Source of the DNA: Vulcanimicrobiota bacterium
GTDB lineage: Bacteria > Vulcanimicrobiota > Vulcanimicrobiia > Vulcanimicrobiales > Vulcanimicrobiaceae
Direction: 5' to 3'
Length of the DNA: 64,000 nt
Assembly: GCA_963777315.1 (NCBI GenBank)
Contig: CAVZQC010000003.1
Location: forward strand, 1 to 64,000
The position numbers and the translations under genes are program-made. Shown piece by piece: positions 28,958 to 38,162 of the stretch. The stretch's first letter is position 1, and the number at the start of each line of letters is the position of its first letter. The notes under the pieces were generated by a model that saw nothing but the letters and a program-made list of their open reading frames with translations, was not told the DNA's origin and ran no database searches.

Positions 28958-29971
28958 TAAACACGGCAAGATACTTCTAACGGGAGTGAAGCCGACCGGA
29001 AAGCCCCACTTGGGAAACTATCTCGGCGCGATGCGACCTGCGTTGGCTCTGGCAAAGAATGGATCGGCCATGCTTTTTATCGCAAACTATCACGCCTTGA
29101 CGACCGTGATCGATGCCGGCCAACTGCGTTGCTTTACATACGATGTTGCCGCATCGTGGCTCGCTGCGGGCCTGGATCCCGAACGCGTGGTCTTCTATCG
29201 CCAATCCGACGTGCCTGAAACGTTCGAGCTGTTCTGGCTGCTTTGCTGCACGACGCCGAAGGGAATGATGAATCGCGCGCATGCGTACAAGGCGATCGTC
29301 GATGAGGATTTGGCCCTCGGACGCGCCACCGACGCCCACGTTAACATGGGCACCTATGGCTATCCGATTCTGATGGCGGCAGACATCCTGCTTTTCGATG
29401 CCAATCTCGTCCCAGTAGGAACAGACCAGACGCAGCACGTCGAAATGGCGCGCGACATCGCGCAACGGTTCAACCGTTCGTTCGGCCCGGTCTTGACCGT
29501 TCCAGAACTGCTCCTGAGCTGCGATCATGACCCCTTTCTTGGCATCGACGGCCGCAAGATGAGCAAGTCCTTCGATAATGCTATCCCACTATTTGCTTCG
29601 AGCGACGAATTGCAAAAGCTGCTGGGTGCCTATAAGACCGACAGCACCGATGCCCGCGCGCCGAAGGATCCCGGTACAAACGGCCTATTTAGCATTTACG
29701 CAGAATTTGTCGACGCGGAAAAAGCAGCCGCTGTGCGCAAGGCGCTCCTCGAAGGTGACATGTCTTGGGCCGACCTCAAGTGCCTCACGTTTGAAACCGT
29801 CGACGAAGAGCTTTCTCCACTGCGGCAGCGCTACGATAGAATGCGCGATGATGTGGCCATGCTGGAACACACGCTTACTCGTGGAGGGGCAAGGCGCGTG
29901 CAATTGCACGAAACACCATGTGTCGCGTGCGCGACGCAATAGGCGTCGGGCAGGCGTACGAGCTACGGTGA
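28950..29971 (+). CDS. trpS: Tryptophanyl-tRNA synthetase (probably accessory), frameshift near the C-terminus at about 29888
   Basis: TGVKPTGKPHLGN, YPILMAADIL, VPVGTDQ, KMSKS; the final helix KARAIARNTMCRVRDAIG is in a shifted frame. Confidence 0.88.
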
Positions 29972-30862
29972 CCGCCGCAGTGTCGCGCGGAACATGTCTT
30001 TGTCGGCGATGGAATAGTACAGGTAAATCGCATCGCCTTCTTCCACCGAGGAAGCCGCAAAGGCGATATCGGTATCACTTGTCTCGCGCGGAGGAGGCGG
30101 CGTAATCATCGGTTCTTCGCAACGCGCAACGATACGAGTATACCTTGCGTCGAAGACGGCCCAACCGATTCGCCATTGCGCCTCTCTGGTCGCGCCGTTA
30201 TAGAACATGACCGGCCGCTCTGGATCCGTAGCGAGCACGGGTCCTGTGCTCAGGTGCCACGAGTCCCACCGTTCCGGCCGCGAATCGAAGAATGAGGGCA
30301 GCACTTGCCACGGACCATCGACGGCGGGGGCGGATGCAATGCCAATTTTCGATGCGGCCTCGAAAGCGTACTCGAAAAAGAGTCGCCACGTGCCATCCGC
30401 AACCCGGGCAATCGTTGCTTCCTTTGGGTTTTGGCGCTGCGGCGCCGAAGAAAGCACGACCCCTCGCTTTTCTAAATGTTCGACGTCGGGCCCGGCACCG
30501 AGCAACAGTTGCCCACGCTTGAATGTTTGGTTCCAGCCGGTGTAATAGACGTAGCATGTTCCGTCGACTCTCGCCAGTGTCGGATCTTCGCATCCGTCTT
30601 TGTCGTCGTCACCGGGGCCCGGCGCAATCACCGGATGATCCCCCATGCTGAAGTGCAAACCATCGCGCGAGCGGCCGTAGTAGACGCGGGCAACCTTTTC
30701 GGCTGCAATCGTCGAGCGATTGACGGCGCGCAGTAAGAGTCCATACTGCGGTCCCTGCCGCCACACGAACGGACTGAGCGTGTACATCTGGGCAAGCGGG
30801 CTGTTCCGCTTCAACTCAAGTGACGTAATTTCTGCGACCGCGAAACCCGGTGTCTGAGCCAT
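29963..30862 (-). CDS. GH130/DUF377-like five-bladed glycosidase/phosphorylase
   Basis: GCEDP, VYYTG, NPKE, MFYNG, LYYSIAD. Confidence 0.78.
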   Translation of the reverse strand: MAQTPGFAVAEITSLELKRNSPLAQMYTLSPFVWRQGPQYGLLLRAVNRSTIAAEKVARVYYGRSRDGLHFSMGDHPVIAPGPGDDDKDGCEDPTLARVDGTCYVYYTGWNQTFKRGQLLLGAGPDVEHLEKRGVVLSSAPQRQNPKEATIARVADGTWRLFFEYAFEAASKIGIASAPAVDGPWQVLPSFFDSRPERWDSWHLSTGPVLATDPERPVMFYNGATREAQWRIGWAVFDARYTRIVARCEEPMITPPPPRETSDTDIAFAASSVEEGDAIYLYYSIADKDMFRATLRRSP

Positions 30863-30889
30863 TATCCATTCCCCTCAAACCTTCGTGCA

Positions 30890-31300
30890 TCACAGCCCAA
30901 AACTGCTGACGATAAATATTCCCGCTGCAACGCTTACGGCTAACGTCCTCGCCCAGCCGGCGGCCTTGAGCCATGGCGAAAAGGGCCTGCCTTGCATCAC
31001 TTTCTGATCTCCCGCTTGCGAGCGGCATGAAGACGAGCGTTATCGGTGTGGCGATGCCGCCGGAGATCGAACTGATGAAAAGCAGCCGTATCGGCTGATG
31101 GCTTGCACGGCCGCAAGCATGGGGATCGCGAGCAACACCAGCCAGCCTAGTCCGTAGGCCGTTGTCGACCCGATAACAGCCAGCGTCGCAACGGTCGTCG
31201 GATCATTGTCCGATGCCGCCGAAATGATGCCCGGACCATTGAACGCAAGAAGCCGGACCTGCCCCGCTGAGGGGATCACCGCTTGCGCCTTCTTTTCTGC
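30890..31300 (-). pseudogene. NRAMP-family divalent metal transporter, internally deleted
   Basis: GPGIISAASDNDPTTVAT N-terminus abuts C-terminal LLFISSISGGIATPITLVFM and QKVMQG...WLKAAGW. Confidence 0.72.
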
Positions 31301-31371
31301 CGGGCAAGATTCATCGTTTTTGCCGTTACCCAGCGCGTGTAAGCGAAACGGCGCTTGGGCATGGGAAGACC

Positions 31372-31779
31372 ATGGAACAAAACGAAAACGTTGTTCTCCA
31401 AGAGCGCTTCGGGCAGGCCGTTAACTCAGGCGATTTCAGCGCCTTCAATCAGATCGTCGCGCCCGATGTTCTCGACCACGATCCAGCTCCCGCTCAGAGA
31501 GCCGGGCCCGAGGGCTACAAGGATTTCTTCGGCGCGCTCCGCACCGCGTTTCCGGACCTGAAAATCAGCGTCGACCACCTCGTCGCAGGCGGCGACTCCG
31601 TCGCAATAGCGTACACCATCACCGGGACGCATCGCGGCAACCTCCTCGACCATGCCGCGACGGGCAAGCCGGTCAGCGCGCGCGGCGTGCAGATAGCGCG
31701 CTTTCGGCAGGGCAAAATGGTCGAACGCTGGGGAAGTTCCGATCAGCTCGGTATTCTCCAGCAAATCGGCGCGGTTTAA
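31372..31779 (+). CDS. SnoaL-like ester cyclase
   Basis: AFPDL, TGTHRG, ATGKPV, GKMVERW. Confidence 0.9.
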   Translation: MEQNENVVLQERFGQAVNSGDFSAFNQIVAPDVLDHDPAPAQRAGPEGYKDFFGALRTAFPDLKISVDHLVAGGDSVAIAYTITGTHRGNLLDHAATGKPVSARGVQIARFRQGKMVERWGSSDQLGILQQIGAV

Positions 31780-31866
31780 AAGCGATCGTCTGTCTGGACG
31801 GACCGGCCGAGCCGGATCACGTGGGGCGGACGGATGGGTCGCTCGCGTGAGCCGAGAGAGGCGTAA

Positions 31867-33222
31867 ATGATGGAGCAACTCTTCGACCTTGTGGTCATCG
31901 GCACGGGAAGTGCCGGACAGACCGTTGCGCAGCGGTGCCGTAAAGCCGGCTGGAGTGTGGCCATCGTCGATCGCCTGCCCTTCGGCGGTACGTGCGCGTT
32001 GCGCGGCTGCGATCCCAAGAAGGTTCTCGTGGACGTTGCGCGGTTGGTCGCTTGGAGCGAACGGATGCACGAGCGCGGCGTTGTGACGCAGCCGCTCCAT
32101 ATTGATTGGACCGAACTCATGCGCTTCAAGCGCACGTTTACCGATTCTGTTCCCGAGGAGCGTGAACGTGCGTACGCGGAAAGCGGTATCGTGCCGTTTC
32201 ATGCGCAGGCACGGTTCGTCGACCGCGATCGCGTTGCGGTCGGCGAACACGTGCTGATTGCAAAACACGTCGTTATCGCCAGTGGAGCAAAACCGGCACC
32301 CTTGCATATCGACGGAGAAGAGCATCTCGCGACGAGCACGGATTTTCTCGAGCTCGAAAATCTGCCGAAGCGCCTGATCTTCCTGGGCGGCGGATTCATT
32401 TCGTTTGAGTTTGCGCATGTCGCGGCCCGCGCGGGCGCGCAAACGCGCATCCTCGAACGCGAGCCACGCGTGCTCGCCCAGTTCGATGGCGACCTCGTTG
32501 AGCGTCTCGTTCTGGCGACACGCGAGCGCAGCATCGAAGTTGATCTCGAAACGACGGTTACGGCGATAGAGAAAACTGATGGAGACTTCATCGTACGTGC
32601 TACCCGAGGCGGGAAACCGCTTGAACTGCACGCCGATCTCGTCGTACACGGCGGCGGCCGCGTACCGGACGTCGATGATCTGCAACTTGCGGCCGGGAGT
32701 GTCGCTCGTATCGGTGCAGGTATCGAGGTGAATGAATACTTGCAAAGCACGAGCAACCCGGCTGTGTATGCGGCCGGCGATTGCGCCGCCGGCGGAGGAG
32801 CCCCGCTTACACCGGTCTCGGCGTTGGAAGGCGAGCTGGTGGCAGAGAACCTGCTGGGCGGAAACACACGAACGGCCGATTTCGCCGGACTGGCAAGCAT
32901 GGTATATGCAATCCCGCCGCTCGCGATGGTCGGGTTGACGGAGGAGACCGCTCGCACCCAAGGACGAAAAGTGCGCGTTCAGTGCGGCGACACTTCGCAA
33001 TGGTACTCCTCCCGCCGTGTTGGCGCAAAGCACACTGCGTACAAGATTGTCTTCGACGACGACCGCAATGAGATCGCCGGTGCGCATATCTTGGGCTTCG
33101 ATGCGGAAGAACTTGGCAACATTTGTTCACTCGCAATCCGGGCTAAGGTCAAGGCATCCTCCATACCCGGCGTGCTTTTCGCCTATCCGACCGGCGCCTC
33201 GGAGCTCCAATACATGCTATAG
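31867..33222 (+). CDS. Pyridine nucleotide-disulfide oxidoreductase class I (glutathione reductase-like)
   Basis: GTGSAG, GGTCALRGCDPKK, GGGFIS, YAAGD, C-terminal YPT. Confidence 0.9.
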   Translation: MMEQLFDLVVIGTGSAGQTVAQRCRKAGWSVAIVDRLPFGGTCALRGCDPKKVLVDVARLVAWSERMHERGVVTQPLHIDWTELMRFKRTFTDSVPEERERAYAESGIVPFHAQARFVDRDRVAVGEHVLIAKHVVIASGAKPAPLHIDGEEHLATSTDFLELENLPKRLIFLGGGFISFEFAHVAARAGAQTRILEREPRVLAQFDGDLVERLVLATRERSIEVDLETTVTAIEKTDGDFIVRATRGGKPLELHADLVVHGGGRVPDVDDLQLAAGSVARIGAGIEVNEYLQSTSNPAVYAAGDCAAGGGAPLTPVSALEGELVAENLLGGNTRTADFAGLASMVYAIPPLAMVGLTEETARTQGRKVRVQCGDTSQWYSSRRVGAKHTAYKIVFDDDRNEIAGAHILGFDAEELGNICSLAIRAKVKASSIPGVLFAYPTGASELQYML

Positions 33223-33237
33223 AATGAGTATTGCCGT

Positions 33238-33657
33238 TTACAGCACCGGATAGCCCAGGCCGCCGCCCCAATAGGGTGCGTAACCGTAGTAGCCGTAGTA
33301 CGGGCCCCAGAACTCGGGGTTTCGGATCTCATCGAGCTTCGGATCGTATGCAGGCGAGTTCACAACGTGCTCGCGCGTGTGCTTAATGCTCACCGCGTCC
33401 GGGGTAATGCTCGAAACCGCTTCGACGGGAATCAAGAAGTGGCGCTCGCCTAGTCCAAGAAAACCACCTGCGGCAACTTGGAGCATCCGGACTTTTCTCT
33501 TGTCTTGATCGATGAACAGATCACTGACGTGCCCGATGTCTTCGCCGTGCTGATCCAGCACTTTTCGTTCTCGAATGTCTTGGTCCGGCGCTGAAACGGT
33601 GAGGTTCGCGTCGCTTAATTTGACGAGGACATCTTTTTCTTGCGAGTCTTGTGGCAT
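33238..33657 (-). CDS. PRC-barrel domain protein
   Basis: DIRERKVLDQHGEDIGHVSDLFID, GGFLGLGERHFLIP, YYGYYGYAPYW. Confidence 0.88.
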   Translation of the reverse strand: MPQDSQEKDVLVKLSDANLTVSAPDQDIRERKVLDQHGEDIGHVSDLFIDQDKRKVRMLQVAAGGFLGLGERHFLIPVEAVSSITPDAVSIKHTREHVVNSPAYDPKLDEIRNPEFWGPYYGYYGYAPYWGGGLGYPVL

Positions 33658-33773
33658 CAAACTGTCCTTTAGGTAGCGGCACGAAGCGCCGCTACCTACA
33701 TAATAGGTCATCGGCGTACCCCTTTCCGCGCGGTTTCGAACGGCCGCGGTTGTGCCGAACCGCTTTTTTCCGC

Positions 33774-33816
33774 TGTCTAAAACCGCACAGATTCCCCGCT
33801 TCCTGTGGCTTAAAAT
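33774..33816 (+). promoter_or_regulatory. Crp-type box copy G (TGTCTAAAACCGCACA) + 21 bp + -10 TAAAAT
   Basis: Best TGT-N10-ACA copy; precedes the cytochrome c/GMC/oxidase operon. Confidence 0.78.
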
Positions 33817-33854
33817 GGGGTTTTCAGGCCACCGGTACCCTGCGCGGAGCGCCC

Positions 33855-34220
33855 ATGCTTTTGAGCAATCGGCCTCGGACAATATCGCTGCTCGCCCTCC
33901 TGATACCGCTGGTGAGCGCATGTTCGCACGGCACAAGTTCTCAAAGTCCAACATCCCGCTTGTCGCCTTCGGCAACGCAGCTTTCGGGCAGTGTTTCACG
34001 AGGCGCCGTCGTGTTTGCCACCAACTGCGCGGTTTGCCATGGAGCTTCCGGAAAGCAGGGGGGCGTCGGCCCGTCCCTTGCTTACGAACGCGGCCGAAAG
34101 AATGACGCCGCGACCATTTCCTGGATCAAAAACCCGGCGCCGCCGATGCCCAAACTCTACCCCTCGCCTTTGAGCGCGCAAGACGTTGTGGACGTCGCCG
34201 CCTACGTGCAGTCGTTATAG
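33855..34220 (+). CDS. Monoheme cytochrome c lipoprotein
   Basis: Lipobox VSAC, CAVCH, distal Met (PMP). Confidence 0.88.
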   Translation: MLLSNRPRTISLLALLIPLVSACSHGTSSQSPTSRLSPSATQLSGSVSRGAVVFATNCAVCHGASGKQGGVGPSLAYERGRKNDAATISWIKNPAPPMPKLYPSPLSAQDVVDVAAYVQSL

Positions 34221-34235
34221 CAGTGGAGCGTTTTT

Positions 34236-34961
34236 ATGGCTGATGGTAAGACCGCACCGATCGATCGCCGCGGCTTTTTGAAGACGAGCGCCGCGGGGCT
34301 GTTGCTTGGAACGAGCGCGGTCGGCGGATGCGCGCCGAAGATGGCCGATACTTCAACCAACGCGGCGCAGGAAGCCCGACGAACCGCTCTGCTTTTTTTC
34401 ACGCAGACGGAAGCGAACACGGTCATCGCCATGGCCGAACGCGTCTTCCCGGCTGACGCAAACGGTCCCGGCGCAACCGATACGCACGTGATGCAGTTTT
34501 TGGACCGTCGATTGGACGGCGCGTATGGACTCGGCGCGACGATGTACCTGCAGGGGCCGTTTGTCAAACCGCAGACGAGCGGGCACGGGTGGCAGATTCC
34601 CGCCACACCGCGGGACGTCTATCGCGATGCCATCGCGGCTATAAACGTGTTCGCTTCCGCTAAACACGGAAGCCAATTTTACAATATCCCCATCGAGCAG
34701 CAAGATGCGGTTCTTGCTGCTGCCGAGAAGGGCCACATCGACTCCTTCCATATCTTTAAGTCGGACGACTTTATGACGCTGTTCATCACGCATGTTACCC
34801 AAGGGTTGTTTGCCGATCCCCTCTACGCCGGAAACTACGGCGTAGTCGGATGGAAATTCATAGGATTTCCCGGCGACCCCATGGCGTACGGCGATCAATA
34901 TGAAAAATTGATCGATCAGTACAAGACGTCTTACAACGTAACGCCGGAGCCGTTACAGTGA
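34236..34961 (+). CDS. Gluconate 2-dehydrogenase subunit 3 family protein (Tat signal)
   Basis: DRRGFLK Tat motif, GLFADPLYAGN, GWKFIGFPG. Confidence 0.9.
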   Translation: MADGKTAPIDRRGFLKTSAAGLLLGTSAVGGCAPKMADTSTNAAQEARRTALLFFTQTEANTVIAMAERVFPADANGPGATDTHVMQFLDRRLDGAYGLGATMYLQGPFVKPQTSGHGWQIPATPRDVYRDAIAAINVFASAKHGSQFYNIPIEQQDAVLAAAEKGHIDSFHIFKSDDFMTLFITHVTQGLFADPLYAGNYGVVGWKFIGFPGDPMAYGDQYEKLIDQYKTSYNVTPEPLQ

Positions 34962-36703
34962 TTACGCATAAAGAGGTGGACGCCGTGACGATCGGCGTGG
35001 GCTGGACCGGTGGAATCTTAGCCGCCGAGTTGACGAAAGCGGGGCACACGGTCGTCGGCCTCGAACGCGGCGGTCCGCGCACCACCCAAGATTGGCAAAA
35101 CGATCACGATGAGCTGCGCTTCGCCGTCGATAATGCCCTGATGCAGAAGATGGCCGTCGAGAGTTGGACGCTGCGCCATGACCTACGCGAAACGGCACTC
35201 CCGTTTCGGCAACTCGGTTCCTTTCTGCCCGGGATTGGCGTTGGCGGTGCCGGAGTCCATTGGAACGGCCAGACGTACCGATTCCATCCCAGCGACTTCA
35301 TCATGCGAAGCCATCTGATCCAGCGGTACGGCAAGCAAATGCTCCCTGCCGATTGCACGATTGCCGACTGGGGCATCACGTGGACTGAGATCGAGCCGTA
35401 CTACGACAAATTCGAATATATGGCCGGCGTTGCGGGCAAGGCCGGCAACGTCAAAGGCAAGATCATCGCGGGCGGCAATCCCTTCGAAGGTCCCCGTGCA
35501 CGCGATTACGCGTTACCGCCCGCCAAGCTCGCGGAAACGACGGTACTCTGGGGCCAAGGCTGCACTAAAATGGGATACCACCCCTTCCCGCAACCGTCGT
35601 CAAATTTGCCGGAAGCCTATACGAATCCCGACGGCATCGCTCGTGCGGCCTGCACCTACTGCGGCTTTTGCGAGCGCTTTGGCTGTGAAGTCGGAGCCAA
35701 AGCGGATCCGACCGTCACCGTATTGCCGGTTGCGCAACGCAGCGGGAAATATGAATTGCGCACGGGCGTTAACGTCATCCGCATTAACCACGACGGGAAG
35801 CGCGCGCGCAGCGTCACGTATATCGACCGCCTGGGTGAGGAACACGAACAGCCCGCGCACATCATCCTGCTCACGGCGTTCGTTTTCAATAACTGCAAAC
35901 TGCTGCTCGTTTCGAAGATGGGTCGGCCGTACGACCCGCACAGCGGCCAAGGCGTCGTGGGCCGCAACTACGCCTATCAAACGACGCAAGGCCACACGGG
36001 CTTTTTCGATGATAAGTCGTTTAAGCGCTACATGGGCTCAGGCGCGAATGCGGTGACGATCGACGACTTCAACGCCGATAACTACGACCATCACGGCCTC
36101 GGCTTTTTCGGCGGCGGTTCGATCTACTGTCAAAACACTGGGGCGCGGCCAATAACGCAAGTGAGCGTCCCTGAGGGTACGCCGAAGTGGGGCGCACGGT
36201 GGAAGGCAGCGCTCAAAAAGTATTACGACGCGCAAATGGAGATCGTCTATCAGGGGGAGAGCCCATCATATCGAGCGCACAGTTTGGATCTCGATCCGAC
36301 CTACCGCGACGCCTACGGGCTCCCGCTCACGCGCATCACGTTCGACTACACCGAGAACGAGCGCAAGATGGTACGGTTCGGCGCAGACAAAGTGCGAGGC
36401 ATTCTGCATGCGGCGGGCGCTTCGCACATGAACGTGCATCCCGAACTCGAGCCGCACTACAGCACCGTCCGCTATCAAACCACGCATAATGTCGGCGGCT
36501 GCATCATGGGAAACGATCCCGGCAATTCAGTCGTCAATAACTATCTGCAGATGTGGGATTTTGACAACGTCTTTGTCATCGGCGCCTCCGCTTTTCCGCA
36601 GAATGCGGGATTCAATCCAACCGATACCGTTGGCGCCCTTTCATATCGGGCTGCGGACGGAATCATCAATCATTACATGAAGAAACCCGGACCGTTGGTC
36701 TAA
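34958..36703 (+). CDS. GMC oxidoreductase, gluconate 2-dehydrogenase flavoprotein
   Basis: GVGWTG, GVGGAGVHWNG, CTYCGFCERFGC, YQTTHNVGG, NPTDT. Confidence 0.92.
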   Translation: MITHKEVDAVTIGVGWTGGILAAELTKAGHTVVGLERGGPRTTQDWQNDHDELRFAVDNALMQKMAVESWTLRHDLRETALPFRQLGSFLPGIGVGGAGVHWNGQTYRFHPSDFIMRSHLIQRYGKQMLPADCTIADWGITWTEIEPYYDKFEYMAGVAGKAGNVKGKIIAGGNPFEGPRARDYALPPAKLAETTVLWGQGCTKMGYHPFPQPSSNLPEAYTNPDGIARAACTYCGFCERFGCEVGAKADPTVTVLPVAQRSGKYELRTGVNVIRINHDGKRARSVTYIDRLGEEHEQPAHIILLTAFVFNNCKLLLVSKMGRPYDPHSGQGVVGRNYAYQTTQGHTGFFDDKSFKRYMGSGANAVTIDDFNADNYDHHGLGFFGGGSIYCQNTGARPITQVSVPEGTPKWGARWKAALKKYYDAQMEIVYQGESPSYRAHSLDLDPTYRDAYGLPLTRITFDYTENERKMVRFGADKVRGILHAAGASHMNVHPELEPHYSTVRYQTTHNVGGCIMGNDPGNSVVNNYLQMWDFDNVFVIGASAFPQNAGFNPTDTVGALSYRAADGIINHYMKKPGPLV

Positions 36704-36737
36704 TGGGGCACGATGGCGCACCTCGCTCGGATCTCGC

Positions 36738-37643
36738 GTGAGCGTGCGCGTCACCATCACGCCCGTTGCGCCGTATCGCCTGGACTTGACGGCTCAGGCC
36801 TTGCGCCGCGTGAACAGCAACCTCGTCGACGTCCTCACGCCCGATGGAACGTATTTACGGGCGTTGCGCGGCGACGGCTGCGTCAACATCGTTGAAGCGC
36901 AACAAGAACCGGACGGACCCCTCGCGGTGCGGATTAGCGGACGCGGCGCCGGCGCGCATGTGGAAACCGTCAGCACGATCTTGGGGACGGATGTTGACCT
37001 GCGCCGTTGGTACCGCCGCGTTGCGCGGTTCCCTTGGTTAGCCGCCCTTGCTCGAGATCTTCGCGGCGTGAAGCCCCCACGCTATCCGGGGTTGTGGGAG
37101 GCCCTGTGCAACGGGATCGTGTTCCAGCAGCTGAGCATAGCGGCCGCCTCCACGGCCATGCGGCGGCTTGTGGAGCGCTTCTCGGAGCCCCTGGAACACC
37201 GCGGCGTTGCGCTTCGCGCCTTTCCGTCCCCGGATGTGATCGTGCAGGCTGACGATCACGACCTGTTGAGCTTGGGATTGAGCCGCCAAAAAGTGACGTA
37301 TCTGAAGGGTGCCGCCGCAACGGTGATGTCGGGCGCGATTACCTCTGCACGCATTGAATCACTCCCGACGCCGCAGGCGCTCATAGAGTTGCAAACGCTC
37401 GACGGGATCGGGCGCTGGAGCGCCGCGAACATCTTACTGCGCGGCTTCGGGCGTCTGGACGTGTTCCCAATGGGCGACACTGGCGTAGCACGGAACATCA
37501 ATCTCCTATCCGGCGATCCGCGCATTAGCCTGGACGAGGTCCTCCTTGCGCTCGGCGATATGCAAGGGATGCTGTACTTTCACCTCCTGCTCGGCAAACT
37601 GCGCAGTCGCCCGGCATTTTCACCGGCAGCGGCTGTGAATTGA
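36738..37643 (+). CDS. DNA-3-methyladenine glycosylase II (AlkA/HhH-GPD family)
   Basis: IVFQQLS, AFPSP, GLSRQK, LDGIGRWSA, VFPMGD. Confidence 0.88.
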   Translation: MSVRVTITPVAPYRLDLTAQALRRVNSNLVDVLTPDGTYLRALRGDGCVNIVEAQQEPDGPLAVRISGRGAGAHVETVSTILGTDVDLRRWYRRVARFPWLAALARDLRGVKPPRYPGLWEALCNGIVFQQLSIAAASTAMRRLVERFSEPLEHRGVALRAFPSPDVIVQADDHDLLSLGLSRQKVTYLKGAAATVMSGAITSARIESLPTPQALIELQTLDGIGRWSAANILLRGFGRLDVFPMGDTGVARNINLLSGDPRISLDEVLLALGDMQGMLYFHLLLGKLRSRPAFSPAAAVN

Positions 37644-38162
37644 ATGACAAAAGGCCAAGACATTCTGCTCGCATTCGCTATCGCCGCAGCCATGGCTGTT
37701 GCGTTGATGCTTGCTATAGCCTTCAGCACATTGGGCCGCACCGCCGATTCATCAACGCGAGAACACGGCGCACGCACACTGCGCCGCTGGTGGTTTGTCG
37801 CGCTGCTCGGCGCGGTTATCGCATCATTTGTTATCTCGATCCGCTGGTTTCCGTATCCCACCGTGGCCGAAAGTGCATCGTCTCGGCATTTTTCCGTTGT
37901 CGCATTTCAATATCACTTTCAAGTCCCGGCGGAGGTCCCCGTGAATACGCATATCATCTTTGATGTGACTTCCGCAGACGTCAACCACGGCTTCGGCATC
38001 TACGATCCGCAAGGTACGCTGCTGGGGCAAGTGCAGGCGATGCCCAACTACACCAATCATCTGCCGTTCTATTTCAGTCGAATAGGTCGCTACACGATTC
38101 GCTGCCTGGAATATTGCGGCATCGGACACCCCGCGATGCTTGCCGTGTTCCGGGTGCAATGA
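37644..38162 (+). CDS. Heme-copper oxidoreductase subunit II (CuA)
   Basis: DVNHGF, QAMP, CLEYCGIGHPAM CuA ligands; N-terminal TM helices. Confidence 0.9.
   Translation: MTKGQDILLAFAIAAAMAVALMLAIAFSTLGRTADSSTREHGARTLRRWWFVALLGAVIASFVISIRWFPYPTVAESASSRHFSVVAFQYHFQVPAEVPVNTHIIFDVTSADVNHGFGIYDPQGTLLGQVQAMPNYTNHLPFYFSRIGRYTIRCLEYCGIGHPAMLAVFRVQ

Noticed and set aside
31426..33087. 553-aa minus-strand ORF (and similar long antisense ORFs at 23027-24496, 51101-52384 and 57199-58491)
   Set aside because: They are shadows of well-supported genes on the opposite strand in GC-rich DNA and show no motifs.
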